A DNA stretch of 52,094 nt from Minisyncoccota bacterium. GTDB taxonomy: Bacteria; Patescibacteriota; Minisyncoccia; JAHIHE01; JAGLIN01. Positions 28,631 through 37,250 of the stretch are shown piece after piece (position 1 is the stretch's first letter; each line of letters opens with the position of its first letter). The translations under genes and the position numbers were made by a program. Below the pieces are notes generated by a model that was given only the letters and a program-made list of their open reading frames with translations, was not told where the DNA came from and did not search any database. The stretch spans positions 1-52,094 of the forward strand of contig JAGLIM010000028.1 of NCBI GenBank assembly GCA_023142995.1, given 5' to 3'.

Positions 28631-28972
28631 ATGAAAATAATACATAAAGATCAAGCAGAAATTTATAAAAATAGTGATGTTTGTACGGCGATTGAATATT
28701 CTTTGGATGACAAGGACATAAATGGGGCAGTTGTAGAATCAAATGGCAGGTATCCTGATAAAGGCAGAGTGGTAAATTTAAAATGCAAAGAGATAGCTTA
28801 TATCATTAAAGGTTCGGGAAAAGTGATAGTTGAAGGTCAGAAGATAGAATTTAAAGAAGAAGATCTGATTTTGATAGAATCTGAAGAAAAATATCATTGG
28901 GAAGGAAACTTTGTTATGTTTGTGTCATGTGTGCCTGCATGGTATCCAGAACAGCATAAAGAAGTTGAATAA
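28631..28972 (+). CDS. Cupin domain protein
   Basis: EIAYIIKGSG...PAWYPEQ cupin pattern. Confidence 0.75.
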   Translation: MKIIHKDQAEIYKNSDVCTAIEYSLDDKDINGAVVESNGRYPDKGRVVNLKCKEIAYIIKGSGKVIVEGQKIEFKEEDLILIESEEKYHWEGNFVMFVSCVPAWYPEQHKEVE

Positions 28973-28989
28973 TTTATCATTGAAAGACT

Positions 28990-29070
28990 CTTACACTCTA
29001 AAGAGTGAACTCCAAATTTGGAGTTCAGATTTTAATCTGTAAAAGATGTTTTTGTAAAATCTAATTTAAA
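28990..29070. repeat. Family A copy (best conserved)
   Basis: CTTACACTCTAAAGAGTGAACTCCAAATTTGGAGTTCAGATTTTAATCTGTAAAAGATGTTTTTGTAAAATCTAATTTAAA. Confidence 0.85.
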
Positions 29071-29077
29071 AAATAAT

Positions 29078-29419
29078 ATGAAACATATTTTTAAGCTTCC
29101 AAATGAATATACTTTTGAAAAAGAGGGGATAAAAGGTACAAATTTTGAAAGTAAGGATTTAAGCGATGAAGCTAAGTTCGCGGTAATTGAAGCAGAGACT
29201 GGACATAAGAACAAGATCAGGGAAAATAAATGTAGTTTCTTTTATTATATTTTGCAAGGAGAAGGAAATTTTGAGATCAATGGTAAGACTGAAGAGTGTT
29301 AAAAAGGGGACTTGGTTGTGATTCCTTCAGGTTCGGTTTTTAAATATACAGGAAAAATGAAATTGTTTTTGACTACGATTCCGTTTTGGTATCCGGAGCA
29401 GGAAGAAACATTAAATTAA
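29078..29419 (+). pseudogene. Cupin gene interrupted by an in-frame TAA
   Basis: Frame continues past TAA 29300-29302 as KGDLVVIPSG...FWYPEQEETLN*, completing the cupin. Confidence 0.75.
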
Positions 29420-29424
29420 TATTT

Positions 29425-29997
29425 ATGAATAAAATCTTTCAAATGAATAAAAAGTTTACTATAATTTTTATTATTAGTTTAGTCGTTACTGGTTTGATCT
29501 ATCTGTTAAGTAATCTTTCGTTTTCTGGTGAAACTGAATTTGAAAGTTTTGACTTTCTTAAACCGCAGAATGGGTTGTATAAAGTTATCAGGGTGGTAGA
29601 TGGTGATACTATGATCGTTAGAATAGATGGTAAGAATGAAACTGTGCGGCTTATTGGTATTAATACGCCAGAAAGTGTAGATCCTCGCAGAGAAGTGGAA
29701 TGTTTTGGAGTAGAAGCATCAAATAGAGCCAAGGAAATATTAACTGGTAAAAGTTTTAGATTAGAATCAGATGATGCTGTTGGTCAGAGAGATAAATATG
29801 GACGATTATTGCGTTATATCTTTTTAGAGGATGGGACTAACTTTAATGAATTAATGATCTTTGAAGGTTATGCTTACGAATATACTTATGATCTGCCTTA
29901 TAAATATCAAGATGAATTCAAGCAAGCAGAAAAGAATGCCAGAGAGTCTAAGGTGGGGTTATGGGTTGATGGTGTTTGTGAAGAGTTTATAAAATAA
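29425..29997 (+). CDS. Thermonuclease (SNase) family protein with N-terminal membrane anchor
   Basis: VVDGDT, VRLIGINTPE, DKYGRLL and GLW; hydrophobic N-terminus. Confidence 0.93.
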   Translation: MNKIFQMNKKFTIIFIISLVVTGLIYLLSNLSFSGETEFESFDFLKPQNGLYKVIRVVDGDTMIVRIDGKNETVRLIGINTPESVDPRREVECFGVEASNRAKEILTGKSFRLESDDAVGQRDKYGRLLRYIFLEDGTNFNELMIFEGYAYEYTYDLPYKYQDEFKQAEKNARESKVGLWVDGVCEEFIK

Positions 29998-30204
29998 AAG
30001 AAACCACTTACAAATTACAACTATCAATACTAATTTATACAAATAATTTTTATAAATATTATTTTATGTGAATAGAAAACATTTAGGAACTGGTTGCAAA
30101 CCAGTTCCCGCAGAAAGCGTAAGAACTTTTTCGAAATCTTTATTCTCTAGACAAAAATAATTAATTCATATAATATATAGTCATTCATTAAATTTATATA
30201 ATAT

Positions 30205-30693
30205 ATGACACTTATAGTAATAATTGTTGTTTTAGTCCTTGTTTGTACGGTTATCGTCCATTATTTGGGTTTTGCGACAGAGGAAGAGTATCTATTTTTT
30301 AATAGAAAAAGCGCTCAGTCCTTGTTTTTTCTTTTTTTAAGTATGTTCGTTGCATCTGCTTATTTTTTTTATCTTGAATTGCAAATGCCAAAAACATTAG
30401 CTATGTATATGACTCCATATCATAATGCTGATCCATCGATTCTGTCGTCACTGCATCTTAAAAGTGAAGATACTAAAAAATGGACTTTTGTCACAAACGA
30501 TCTAGCGAAAGAGATAAAAGAATTTTATCTCAGAAAAAAGAATTATGATGGATGGGTGATAAAAAGTAAGACAGAAGAAGGGTTATTGATCTTTGGAAAA
30601 GGAGATTTGAGTTTAACGATCACAACTAAAGAACAGAAAAATGATAAATCTAAAATATATTATGTGCTAAAGGATAGAAGTGTTGATAATTAA
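30205..30693 (+). CDS. Hypothetical membrane protein
   Basis: Two N-terminal hydrophobic segments. Confidence 0.6.
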   Translation: MTLIVIIVVLVLVCTVIVHYLGFATEEEYLFFNRKSAQSLFFLFLSMFVASAYFFYLELQMPKTLAMYMTPYHNADPSILSSLHLKSEDTKKWTFVTNDLAKEIKEFYLRKKNYDGWVIKSKTEEGLLIFGKGDLSLTITTKEQKNDKSKIYYVLKDRSVDN

Positions 30694-30845
30694 AAGTATA
30701 AGAGTTTAATTTATGCTTTAAGGAGTGAACTTTGATTTATATCTTTACAAATATTTAAAGTTTGATATACTGCTGTTACTGTTTCAAAATGAAAAACAGT
30801 TCAAAAATATATTGTAAAAATAAAAACAAAAGGAGAATAGTCTTA

Positions 30846-31262
30846 ATGATAAATGTGATAGATACAGACGTAGAAATGACAAAATATATGGAGATATTAT
30901 CCATTATGTACCAGCAAGCAGAGAGGAGAGGTGATCTTCTCAGTATTGGAGCATGTTTGGAAATCTGTGATTTTCAGAATCTCCTAACTAACGCTAATGT
31001 AGCGATTGACAATAATGATACTGGTCTTGAGCCAAAGCTATATAAGGGATTTTTACATGTCAGTAGGAATATTGCCGTGAGAAATTTCTGGGACTTGAAC
31101 AAGCAAGAGAAGGAGGATCTCATTAAAAAAATATTTAAAGGAAATAAAACAGAAAAAATAATCTCAACAATGAACAATACGGAAATAGCTTTTGTTTTTT
31201 GTGGAATATGTTTAAAAGCAGAATATTATTTTCTTGATAAGAATTTAAAAAATCTAAGCTGA
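30846..31262 (+). CDS. Hypothetical protein
   Basis: AGGAG SD at 30831 before ATG 30846; followed by a terminator. Confidence 0.5.
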   Translation: MINVIDTDVEMTKYMEILSIMYQQAERRGDLLSIGACLEICDFQNLLTNANVAIDNNDTGLEPKLYKGFLHVSRNIAVRNFWDLNKQEKEDLIKKIFKGNKTEKIISTMNNTEIAFVFCGICLKAEYYFLDKNLKNLS

Positions 31263-31290
31263 AAGGGTCCGTTTTACCCTTCTTTTTTTT
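31263..31290 (+). terminator. Intrinsic terminator
   Basis: AAGGGT-loop-ACCCTT followed by a T run. Confidence 0.55.
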
Positions 31291-31325
31291 ATCATATTTT
31301 TCAATATAAGATGAATGAAGGTCGC

Positions 31326-31354
31326 TTGACTATCTTTTAATATTTTGATAGAAT
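31326..31354 (+). promoter_or_regulatory. Promoter of the metK leader
   Basis: TTGACT - 17 nt - TAGAAT with TGn extension. Confidence 0.6.
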
Positions 31355-31376
31355 AAATCACATAAGTATATATGAA

Positions 31377-31485
31377 TTTATCAAGAGAACGGATAGAGCT
31401 CTGGCTCGATTAATCCGTCGGCAACCCTTTGGATATTATAATTCAAGGAAGGTGCTAAACCAGATGCCCTAAGGGAAAAGATAAA
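31377..31485 (+). ncRNA. SAM-I (S-box) riboswitch
   Basis: TTATCAAGAG...CTGGCTCGAT...GGCAACC...GGTGCTAA...AGATAA core; P1 TTTATC/GATAAA; upstream of metK, followed by a hairpin and T tract (about 31503-31535). Confidence 0.88.
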
Positions 31486-31558
31486 GGTCGATTTAAAACA
31501 TCAAGACTCTTTTTCTCTAGAAAGTGTTTTTTTTATTTATTAATTAACTATTATTATT

Positions 31559-32611
31559 ATGTTTGGAAAAACAAAAATCTATACAGTTGAAAGTGTGACT
31601 TCTGGTCATCCTGACAAGGTTTGTGATCAAATTTCAGATGCGATTCTTGATGAATGTTTGAGAGGTGATCCAAAAAGTCGTGTTGCAGTAGAAAATTTTG
31701 GCGGTCATGGAGTTTTGAATATTGGTGGAGAGATCACAACAGGATCTAAAGTTGATTTTAAGGATATTGCCAGAAAAGTTTATAAAGATATTGGGTATGA
31801 AGAAGATTTGGAAATTATCTCAAATATTGTTTGTCAATCACCAGATATTGCTCAAGGAGTAGATACTGGTGGTGCAGGAGATCAGGGTATTATGTATGGA
31901 TATGCAACTGATGAAACTGAAGAATATTTACCAAAAGGTCTTGTTCTGGCTCATAAATTAGCAGAAGGCTTAGAAACCTTAAGGAAAAACGGAGATGTGT
32001 TATGGTTGCGTCCAGATGGTAAATCACAAGTTACACTAGAAGATGATAAGATAAGATCTGTTTTGGTCAGTACTCAGCACAAAGAAAGCGTTTTGCAAGA
32101 AGAAATTCGTGAAGTTCTTATTCAAAAACTTATCAAAGATATTATCAAAGATGAAGATATAGAAATATATATTAATCCAACTGGAAAATTTGTACAAGGT
32201 GGCTTTGAAGCTGATACAGGTTTAACAGGAAGAAAGATCATGGTTGATACATATGGTGGTTTAGCTCCGCATGGCGGGGGATGTTTTTCTGGAAAAGATT
32301 CAAGCAAAGTAGATAGATCTGCTGCTTATATGGCTCGATATGTAGCTAAAAATATAGTTGCAAATAAACTAGCAAAGAAATGTATGGTATCAGTTGCTTA
32401 TGCGATAGGTAAGGCTGAACCTCTTATGGTTGAAGCATTAGATGAAAATGGAAAATCTTTTGCAAACTATGTAAATGATAGATTTGATTTTCGTCCTAGA
32501 GCTATTATTGAAAAATTAGATCTACAGAAACCAATTTATGGGCAAACTGCTTGTTATGGTCATTTTGGCAAAAAAGGATTGCCATGGGAAACTATAGAAG
32601 ATCTGTCATAG
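31559..32611 (+). CDS. metK: S-adenosylmethionine synthetase
   Basis: ESVTSGHPDK, GAGDQG and GGGCFSGKD. Confidence 0.97.
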   Translation: MFGKTKIYTVESVTSGHPDKVCDQISDAILDECLRGDPKSRVAVENFGGHGVLNIGGEITTGSKVDFKDIARKVYKDIGYEEDLEIISNIVCQSPDIAQGVDTGGAGDQGIMYGYATDETEEYLPKGLVLAHKLAEGLETLRKNGDVLWLRPDGKSQVTLEDDKIRSVLVSTQHKESVLQEEIREVLIQKLIKDIIKDEDIEIYINPTGKFVQGGFEADTGLTGRKIMVDTYGGLAPHGGGCFSGKDSSKVDRSAAYMARYVAKNIVANKLAKKCMVSVAYAIGKAEPLMVEALDENGKSFANYVNDRFDFRPRAIIEKLDLQKPIYGQTACYGHFGKKGLPWETIEDLS

Positions 32612-32627
32612 ATTATAATTTTATCTA

Positions 32628-32662
32628 GCAAAATAAGATTCTATCTGAATCTTATTTTGTTG
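32628..32662 (+). terminator. Putative terminator after metK
   Basis: GCAAAATAAGATT-loop-AATCTTATTTTGT. Confidence 0.5.
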
Positions 32663-32768
32663 TTTGATAATTTCTTGTCTTATGAAATTTCACTCTTGCT
32701 TTCGCAAGGACTCCGACTTTATATTTTGTGTCTATGTTTATAATACCTAACTTATCAAAACCTAAAAA

Positions 32769-33047
32769 ATGAAACAGAATAAATATTTACAGACTGCTCA
32801 GATGGAACTTGATCTTCATGGGCTCACAAAAGAAGAAGCCAGAGAAGAAGTTCTTGATCTTTTGAGTGAGGCAAATTTAAAAGGATATAACAAAATAAGG
32901 ATCATTACTGGGAAAGGTATTCATTCTGAAGATAATAGGGGTGTTTTGAAAGAATATGTTCAGTTTATGCTAGATGAAAAAGGTTTAAAATACACTGATG
33001 CAAAAATAAATGAAGGAGGATCTGGAGCGATCAATATAGAACTATAA
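32769..33047 (+). CDS. Stand-alone Smr/MutS2 domain protein
   Basis: LDLHG, IITGKG.HS and GGSGA. Confidence 0.92.
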   Translation: MKQNKYLQTAQMELDLHGLTKEEAREEVLDLLSEANLKGYNKIRIITGKGIHSEDNRGVLKEYVQFMLDEKGLKYTDAKINEGGSGAINIEL

Positions 33048-33146
33048 ATTAAGTATTATCCGATAGCTTACACAGGTCTTGATAAATTATTTTATATGTG
33101 CTAGAGTAAATTATAGGTAATTAAAAATTAATTTTAACTAATATAT

Positions 33147-33305
33147 ATGTCACAAGATAATCTTATTAAACTGAAGTGTGTATGTGGACAGATCAATTAT
33201 CATTCTACAAAGAATAAAAAGACAATCAAAGAAAAGATCGAAGTCAGAAAGCACTGTAAATTTTGTAGAAAACACACAGATCATACTGAGATGAAGAGTA
33301 AATAA
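33147..33305 (+). CDS. rpmG: 50S ribosomal protein L33
   Basis: MSQDNLIKLKCVCGQINYHSTKNKKTIKEKIEVRKHCKFCRKHTDHTEMKSK (too short for the ORF track). Confidence 0.92.
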   Translation: MSQDNLIKLKCVCGQINYHSTKNKKTIKEKIEVRKHCKFCRKHTDHTEMKSK

Positions 33306-33337
33306 TGAATATTGTTGTTCTTTGTTTTTAGAAAATA

Positions 33338-33372
33338 TTTAAATAGAGCGACAATTTGTCGCTCTATTTAAA
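33338..33372. terminator. Palindrome with 17-bp arms, probable terminator
   Basis: TTTAAATAGAGCGACAA-T-TTGTCGCTCTATTTAAA. Confidence 0.55.
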
Positions 33373-33415
33373 AGTATTTATTAAAAATGAAAATTGTTTT
33401 ATAATATAAACATTT

Positions 33416-33486
33416 GGGAGCTTAGTTTAGCGGTAGAATTTCGGTCTCCAAAACCGAAGGCGGGGGTTCGATTCCCTCAGCTCCTG
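33416..33486 (+). tRNA. tRNA-Trp (CCA)
   Basis: Acceptor GGGAGCT/AGCTCCT, anticodon arm TCGGT-CTCCAAA-ACCGA, GGTTCGATTCC; 3' CCA not encoded. Confidence 0.93.
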
Positions 33487-33680
33487 CGAAAATGAAAAAT
33501 ATAAGATTCTGTCTTGTATTTTTTTATTTTGCAATTTTTATAAATACTATTATAATAAATTTATAAGTGGAAGTCGAAAATAAAGCCCAATCTATTTTGG
33601 AAGCGACGTATAAAGAATCTTTAAGAAAGGTCTGTTGGTTCTTTTATTAAGGTATTTTCTTAAAAAATAATTTAAAATTT

Positions 33681-34571
33681 ATGTTTGAAGAATTTGAAGA
33701 AAATGATAGTTGTTCAGATCTAGAAGATCAGGAGCGTCTTTTTATTGAAAAAGAAATAAAAAAGTCAAAAGAATACAGCGAAAAAGATAAGACTAATGAA
33801 GGACAAGAGCGAATATGGAATCAACTTTATGAATATGCGGATAAAATTGTTGAAAATATAAAAATAGATCATATTTCTCATAATAAAAACACAAAAGATA
33901 TTGAAGAGATCATTCAAGAACAGAGGACTATACCATCAACATCGCGAACAGAGGAAGAAATCGCAGGATGTTATGATCTAAAAGTTGAAGAGTTAGAAGA
34001 ATTATTGGAGAATAAAAAAGTATTTGATTTTGGATGCGGTAAATCTGAATTATCAAAAGAGATTAAAAGCAAAAATATTAATACTGATATTATTTCATAC
34101 GATATAGAAAAAGAAGTATTGTTAGAAGATGAAGCGAAAAAGGCTGTTCAGGGGTCAGGAGAGAGTCTTCCTTTTTATGATGAAAGTTTTGATTCAATTC
34201 TGGCAACGTACTCTCTTCCGTATTGGGCGAGTTCAGAAGATATGGTTGAAAATAATCTTAAAGAATTATTAAGGATTTTAAAAAAAGATGGAACATTATG
34301 CATAGCTCCTATAACTGATATATTAAATAGACCATCTTTGAATAATGATCCCAAGCTAAGAAATGTTCTTTCGATAAAAGAATATCACGATGGAGTGATA
34401 GAAATATTGGATAAAATACAAGTAAAGTTTATAGATCTATTGAAAGAATTAAAAGAAGATGATAAATATGAAATTAAACTTGGTAAGAATTATTTTTATG
34501 AAATGAAATATCGAAATATTGATAAGATCAATAAAAGGGAACCTTCAATTGCGTATATTAAAAAGATTTAA
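33681..34571 (+). CDS. Class I SAM-dependent methyltransferase
   Basis: VFDFGCG, LPFYDESFD and RILKKDG motifs. Confidence 0.85.
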   Translation: MFEEFEENDSCSDLEDQERLFIEKEIKKSKEYSEKDKTNEGQERIWNQLYEYADKIVENIKIDHISHNKNTKDIEEIIQEQRTIPSTSRTEEEIAGCYDLKVEELEELLENKKVFDFGCGKSELSKEIKSKNINTDIISYDIEKEVLLEDEAKKAVQGSGESLPFYDESFDSILATYSLPYWASSEDMVENNLKELLRILKKDGTLCIAPITDILNRPSLNNDPKLRNVLSIKEYHDGVIEILDKIQVKFIDLLKELKEDDKYEIKLGKNYFYEMKYRNIDKINKREPSIAYIKKI

Positions 34572-34587
34572 ATCAAAATACAAATTT

Positions 34588-34619
34588 AAAAAACACAGAG
34601 TTAAAACTCTGTGTTTTTT
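34588..34619. terminator. Bidirectional terminator between convergent genes
   Basis: AAAAAACACAGAGT-TAAA-ACTCTGTGTTTTTT. Confidence 0.75.
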
Positions 34620-34639
34620 GTATAAAGTATATTTATTTT

Positions 34640-35911
34640 TTATGTTCCTTCTTGCCAGCTTTCCAGATATTTCTTTTGTTCCTCAGTAAGTTCGTCGATT
34701 TGAATATCCATAGATATAAGCTTTAAGTTGGCGACAGTATTTTCAATTTCTTCACTGACATTATAGACCTTTGGTTTGAGAATGTCTTTATTCTTTGCAA
34801 CCCATTCTCCTGCAAGGGCTTGTGTGGCAAAGCTCATATCCATAACCGATGCTGGATGTCCTTCGGCTGCTGAGAGATTAATAAGTCTTCCTTCGGCTAA
34901 AACGAATATTCTCTTGTTTGTTCCATCGGAATTTTTCAAAGTATATTCATCAACAAAGTTTCTAATATCCTTTTTTATACTTTCTGACATTTTTTCCAAA
35001 TTCTTTAAATTTATTTCACAATCAAAATGACCAGAATTACAAACGAACGCTCCATCTTTCATAACTTTGAAATGCTGTTCGTCTATAATGTTTATATCAC
35101 CTGTGATCGTGCAGAATAGATCTCCTTTTTTGGCAGCTTCGATCATTGGAGAAACTTCAAAGCCATCCATTGCAGCTTCAAGCGCTTTAATTGGGTCTAC
35201 TTCTGTCACAATGACTTTTGCTCCCATACCTCTGGCTCGGTCTGCGAATCCGCGTCCACACCAACCATAACCTGCAACAACTATATTTTTTCCTGCAAGC
35301 AACATATCGGTTGCCCTGATTATTCCATCTAGTGTTGATTGACCTGTTCCATATCGATTATCAAACATATTTTTTGTTTTGGCGTCATTAACTGCGACGA
35401 TCGGAATTTTCAAAGCATTATCTTTTTCCATTGCTCGAAGACGGATCACACCAGTTGTTGTTTCTTCCATACTGCCTATTAGTTGTTTGATAAGTTCAGG
35501 ATATTTTTTATGGATCGTAGAGATCAGATCAGCTCCGTCATCCATTGTTATATTTGGACTATGAGCTATGACTGCTTTTAAATGTTTGTAGAATGTATCT
35601 GTGTCCTCGCCTTTAACGGCAAAAACAGAAATACCATAATCTTCAACCAAACTTGCCACTACATCATCTTGAGTGGAAAGGGGATTAGAAGCACATAGTG
35701 CGACTTCAGCTCCACCTTCTTTGAGAGTTCTTGCTAGATTTGCAGTTTCTGCGGTCATATGCAAACAAGCTGACATTTTTAATCCTTTGAATGGTTTTCC
35801 ACTTGCAAACTTTTCACGAACTTGAGTTAGAACAGGCATATCATTGCTTGCCCACTCAATTCTTTTTTTGCCTTGTGGAGCAAGGCTTTTATCCTTAACG
35901 TCGTATTCCAT
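34640..35911 (-). CDS. ahcY: Adenosylhomocysteinase
   Basis: [33 protein letters not shown] and GHP..MDMSF. Confidence 0.97.
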   Translation of the reverse strand: MEYDVKDKSLAPQGKKRIEWASNDMPVLTQVREKFASGKPFKGLKMSACLHMTAETANLARTLKEGGAEVALCASNPLSTQDDVVASLVEDYGISVFAVKGEDTDTFYKHLKAVIAHSPNITMDDGADLISTIHKKYPELIKQLIGSMEETTTGVIRLRAMEKDNALKIPIVAVNDAKTKNMFDNRYGTGQSTLDGIIRATDMLLAGKNIVVAGYGWCGRGFADRARGMGAKVIVTEVDPIKALEAAMDGFEVSPMIEAAKKGDLFCTITGDINIIDEQHFKVMKDGAFVCNSGHFDCEINLKNLEKMSESIKKDIRNFVDEYTLKNSDGTNKRIFVLAEGRLINLSAAEGHPASVMDMSFATQALAGEWVAKNKDILKPKVYNVSEEIENTVANLKLISMDIQIDELTEEQKKYLESWQEGT

Positions 35912-35917
35912 AGTTTT

Positions 35918-36853
35918 TTAAGATAATTGTTTATTAAAATTCTCTTTATATCTTTTTTTGATCTGATTGAAATTAAATTTATGGTTTTGAGTGCCATAAT
36001 TTTCAATTGCGTAGCAAGATATCACACCAGCAAATTCACCTGTAGTTTGCAAAGACCAATTATTTATAAATCCTTTTATAAATCCTGCTCTATAAGCGTC
36101 TCCTGCTCCTGTCGGATCAGTGATTGTTTTTGGTTTTGCTGGTTTTACTTTGATTGTTTTATCTTTGGTTTTTATGATAGATCCTTTAGATCCTAATGTT
36201 GTTACTAGTATCTCAACATTTTCTATTATCTTATTTTCAGAGTATTTTATCTTCTTCATTACCATACTTAGCTCATAATCATTTGAGATAAAGATCTTTG
36301 CTCCTTTTATGCATTTTATTAATTCATTTTTACTCAAAACTGGAATTTGTTGTCCTGGGTCAAAGATAAAAGGTATATTATTTTTGATGTAAAGATCAGA
36401 TAGATCTGTCATATCTTTCATTAAGCCTGGAGCGACTATTGCTAATGAATTTTTGTATGTTTGCTTATATTTTGCCAAACACGGATTGATCATTGCGCCT
36501 GGACAAAAAGAAGATATTTGATTGTCAGCTTTATCTGTTATTATTGTGGCGACAGCTGTTATATTATTTTTAAATATTTTTACATTGCTAAAATCAATTT
36601 TATTTTTTTTAAGCCATTTTTGATATTTTTCAAAATCATTTCCAACTGATGAAAATATGACTGGCTTTTCATCTAAAAGCGTTAGATTATATGCGATGTT
36701 TCCAGCAGTACCTCCAAAATTTTCATTTATTTTTTCAATAAAAAAACTGACATTGATATTATGAATTTTGTCAGGCAGAATATGATCTTTAAAATACCCA
36801 GGAAAATTCATAATTTTGTCATAAGCCACAGAACCAGAAACTAAAATTTTCAT
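35918..36853 (-). CDS. PfkB-family kinase, probable adenosine kinase
   Basis: GSVAYD, FGGTAGNIAY, FDPGQQ and DPTGAGDAYRAG; 6 nt upstream of ahcY. Confidence 0.85.
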   Translation of the reverse strand: MKILVSGSVAYDKIMNFPGYFKDHILPDKIHNINVSFFIEKINENFGGTAGNIAYNLTLLDEKPVIFSSVGNDFEKYQKWLKKNKIDFSNVKIFKNNITAVATIITDKADNQISSFCPGAMINPCLAKYKQTYKNSLAIVAPGLMKDMTDLSDLYIKNNIPFIFDPGQQIPVLSKNELIKCIKGAKIFISNDYELSMVMKKIKYSENKIIENVEILVTTLGSKGSIIKTKDKTIKVKPAKPKTITDPTGAGDAYRAGFIKGFINNWSLQTTGEFAGVISCYAIENYGTQNHKFNFNQIKKRYKENFNKQLS

Positions 36854-36978
36854 AAGAATGGTAAAATTAATGATTTACTTATCAATTTTACTAATTTAAT
36901 AAGCCGTTGTCAATTTTTGTATGTATGCTTTACATTATTGTTATTTTATTATAGTATGTATAAGTATTATTAAAGTTT

Positions 36979-37060
36979 GGGTAGGTACCAAAGCGGTCAA
37001 ATGGGACTGGCTGTAAACCAGTTGGCTCTGCCTTCGGGGGTTCGATTCCCTCCCTACCCA
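36979..37060 (+). tRNA. tRNA-Tyr (GTA)
   Basis: GGGTAGG/CCTACCC acceptor, ACTGG-CTGTAAA-CCAGT, long variable arm. Confidence 0.93.
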
Positions 37061-37116
37061 CAGAATAAACCTCTTGTGTAATTACTTTCTACTGCAATTT
37101 TCAGAGGTTTAAATAT

Positions 37117-37144
37117 AAAATAAAACTGTATACAGTTTTATTTT
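37117..37144. repeat. 28-bp perfect palindrome downstream of tRNA-Tyr
   Basis: AAAATAAAACTGTA|TACAGTTTTATTTT. Confidence 0.7.
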
Positions 37145-37250
37145 TTAGATTAATGTTGTATAATATAGTAAAGCTATGATGAATGGATCAAAGCGGTTTA
37201 TTGTATGTATTAAATTCAATCAAAAAGCAATTTATTAATTTAAATTAATA

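Noticed and set aside
441-30733. Dispersed repeats as a CRISPR array
   Set aside because: Copies are kilobases apart, separated by whole genes, and degenerate; no cas genes are present
14268-31262. Classical integron cassette array
   Set aside because: No tyrosine integrase in the window, and I could not find consistent RYYYAAC...GTTRRRY attC boxes; co-orientation alone may reflect leading-strand bias
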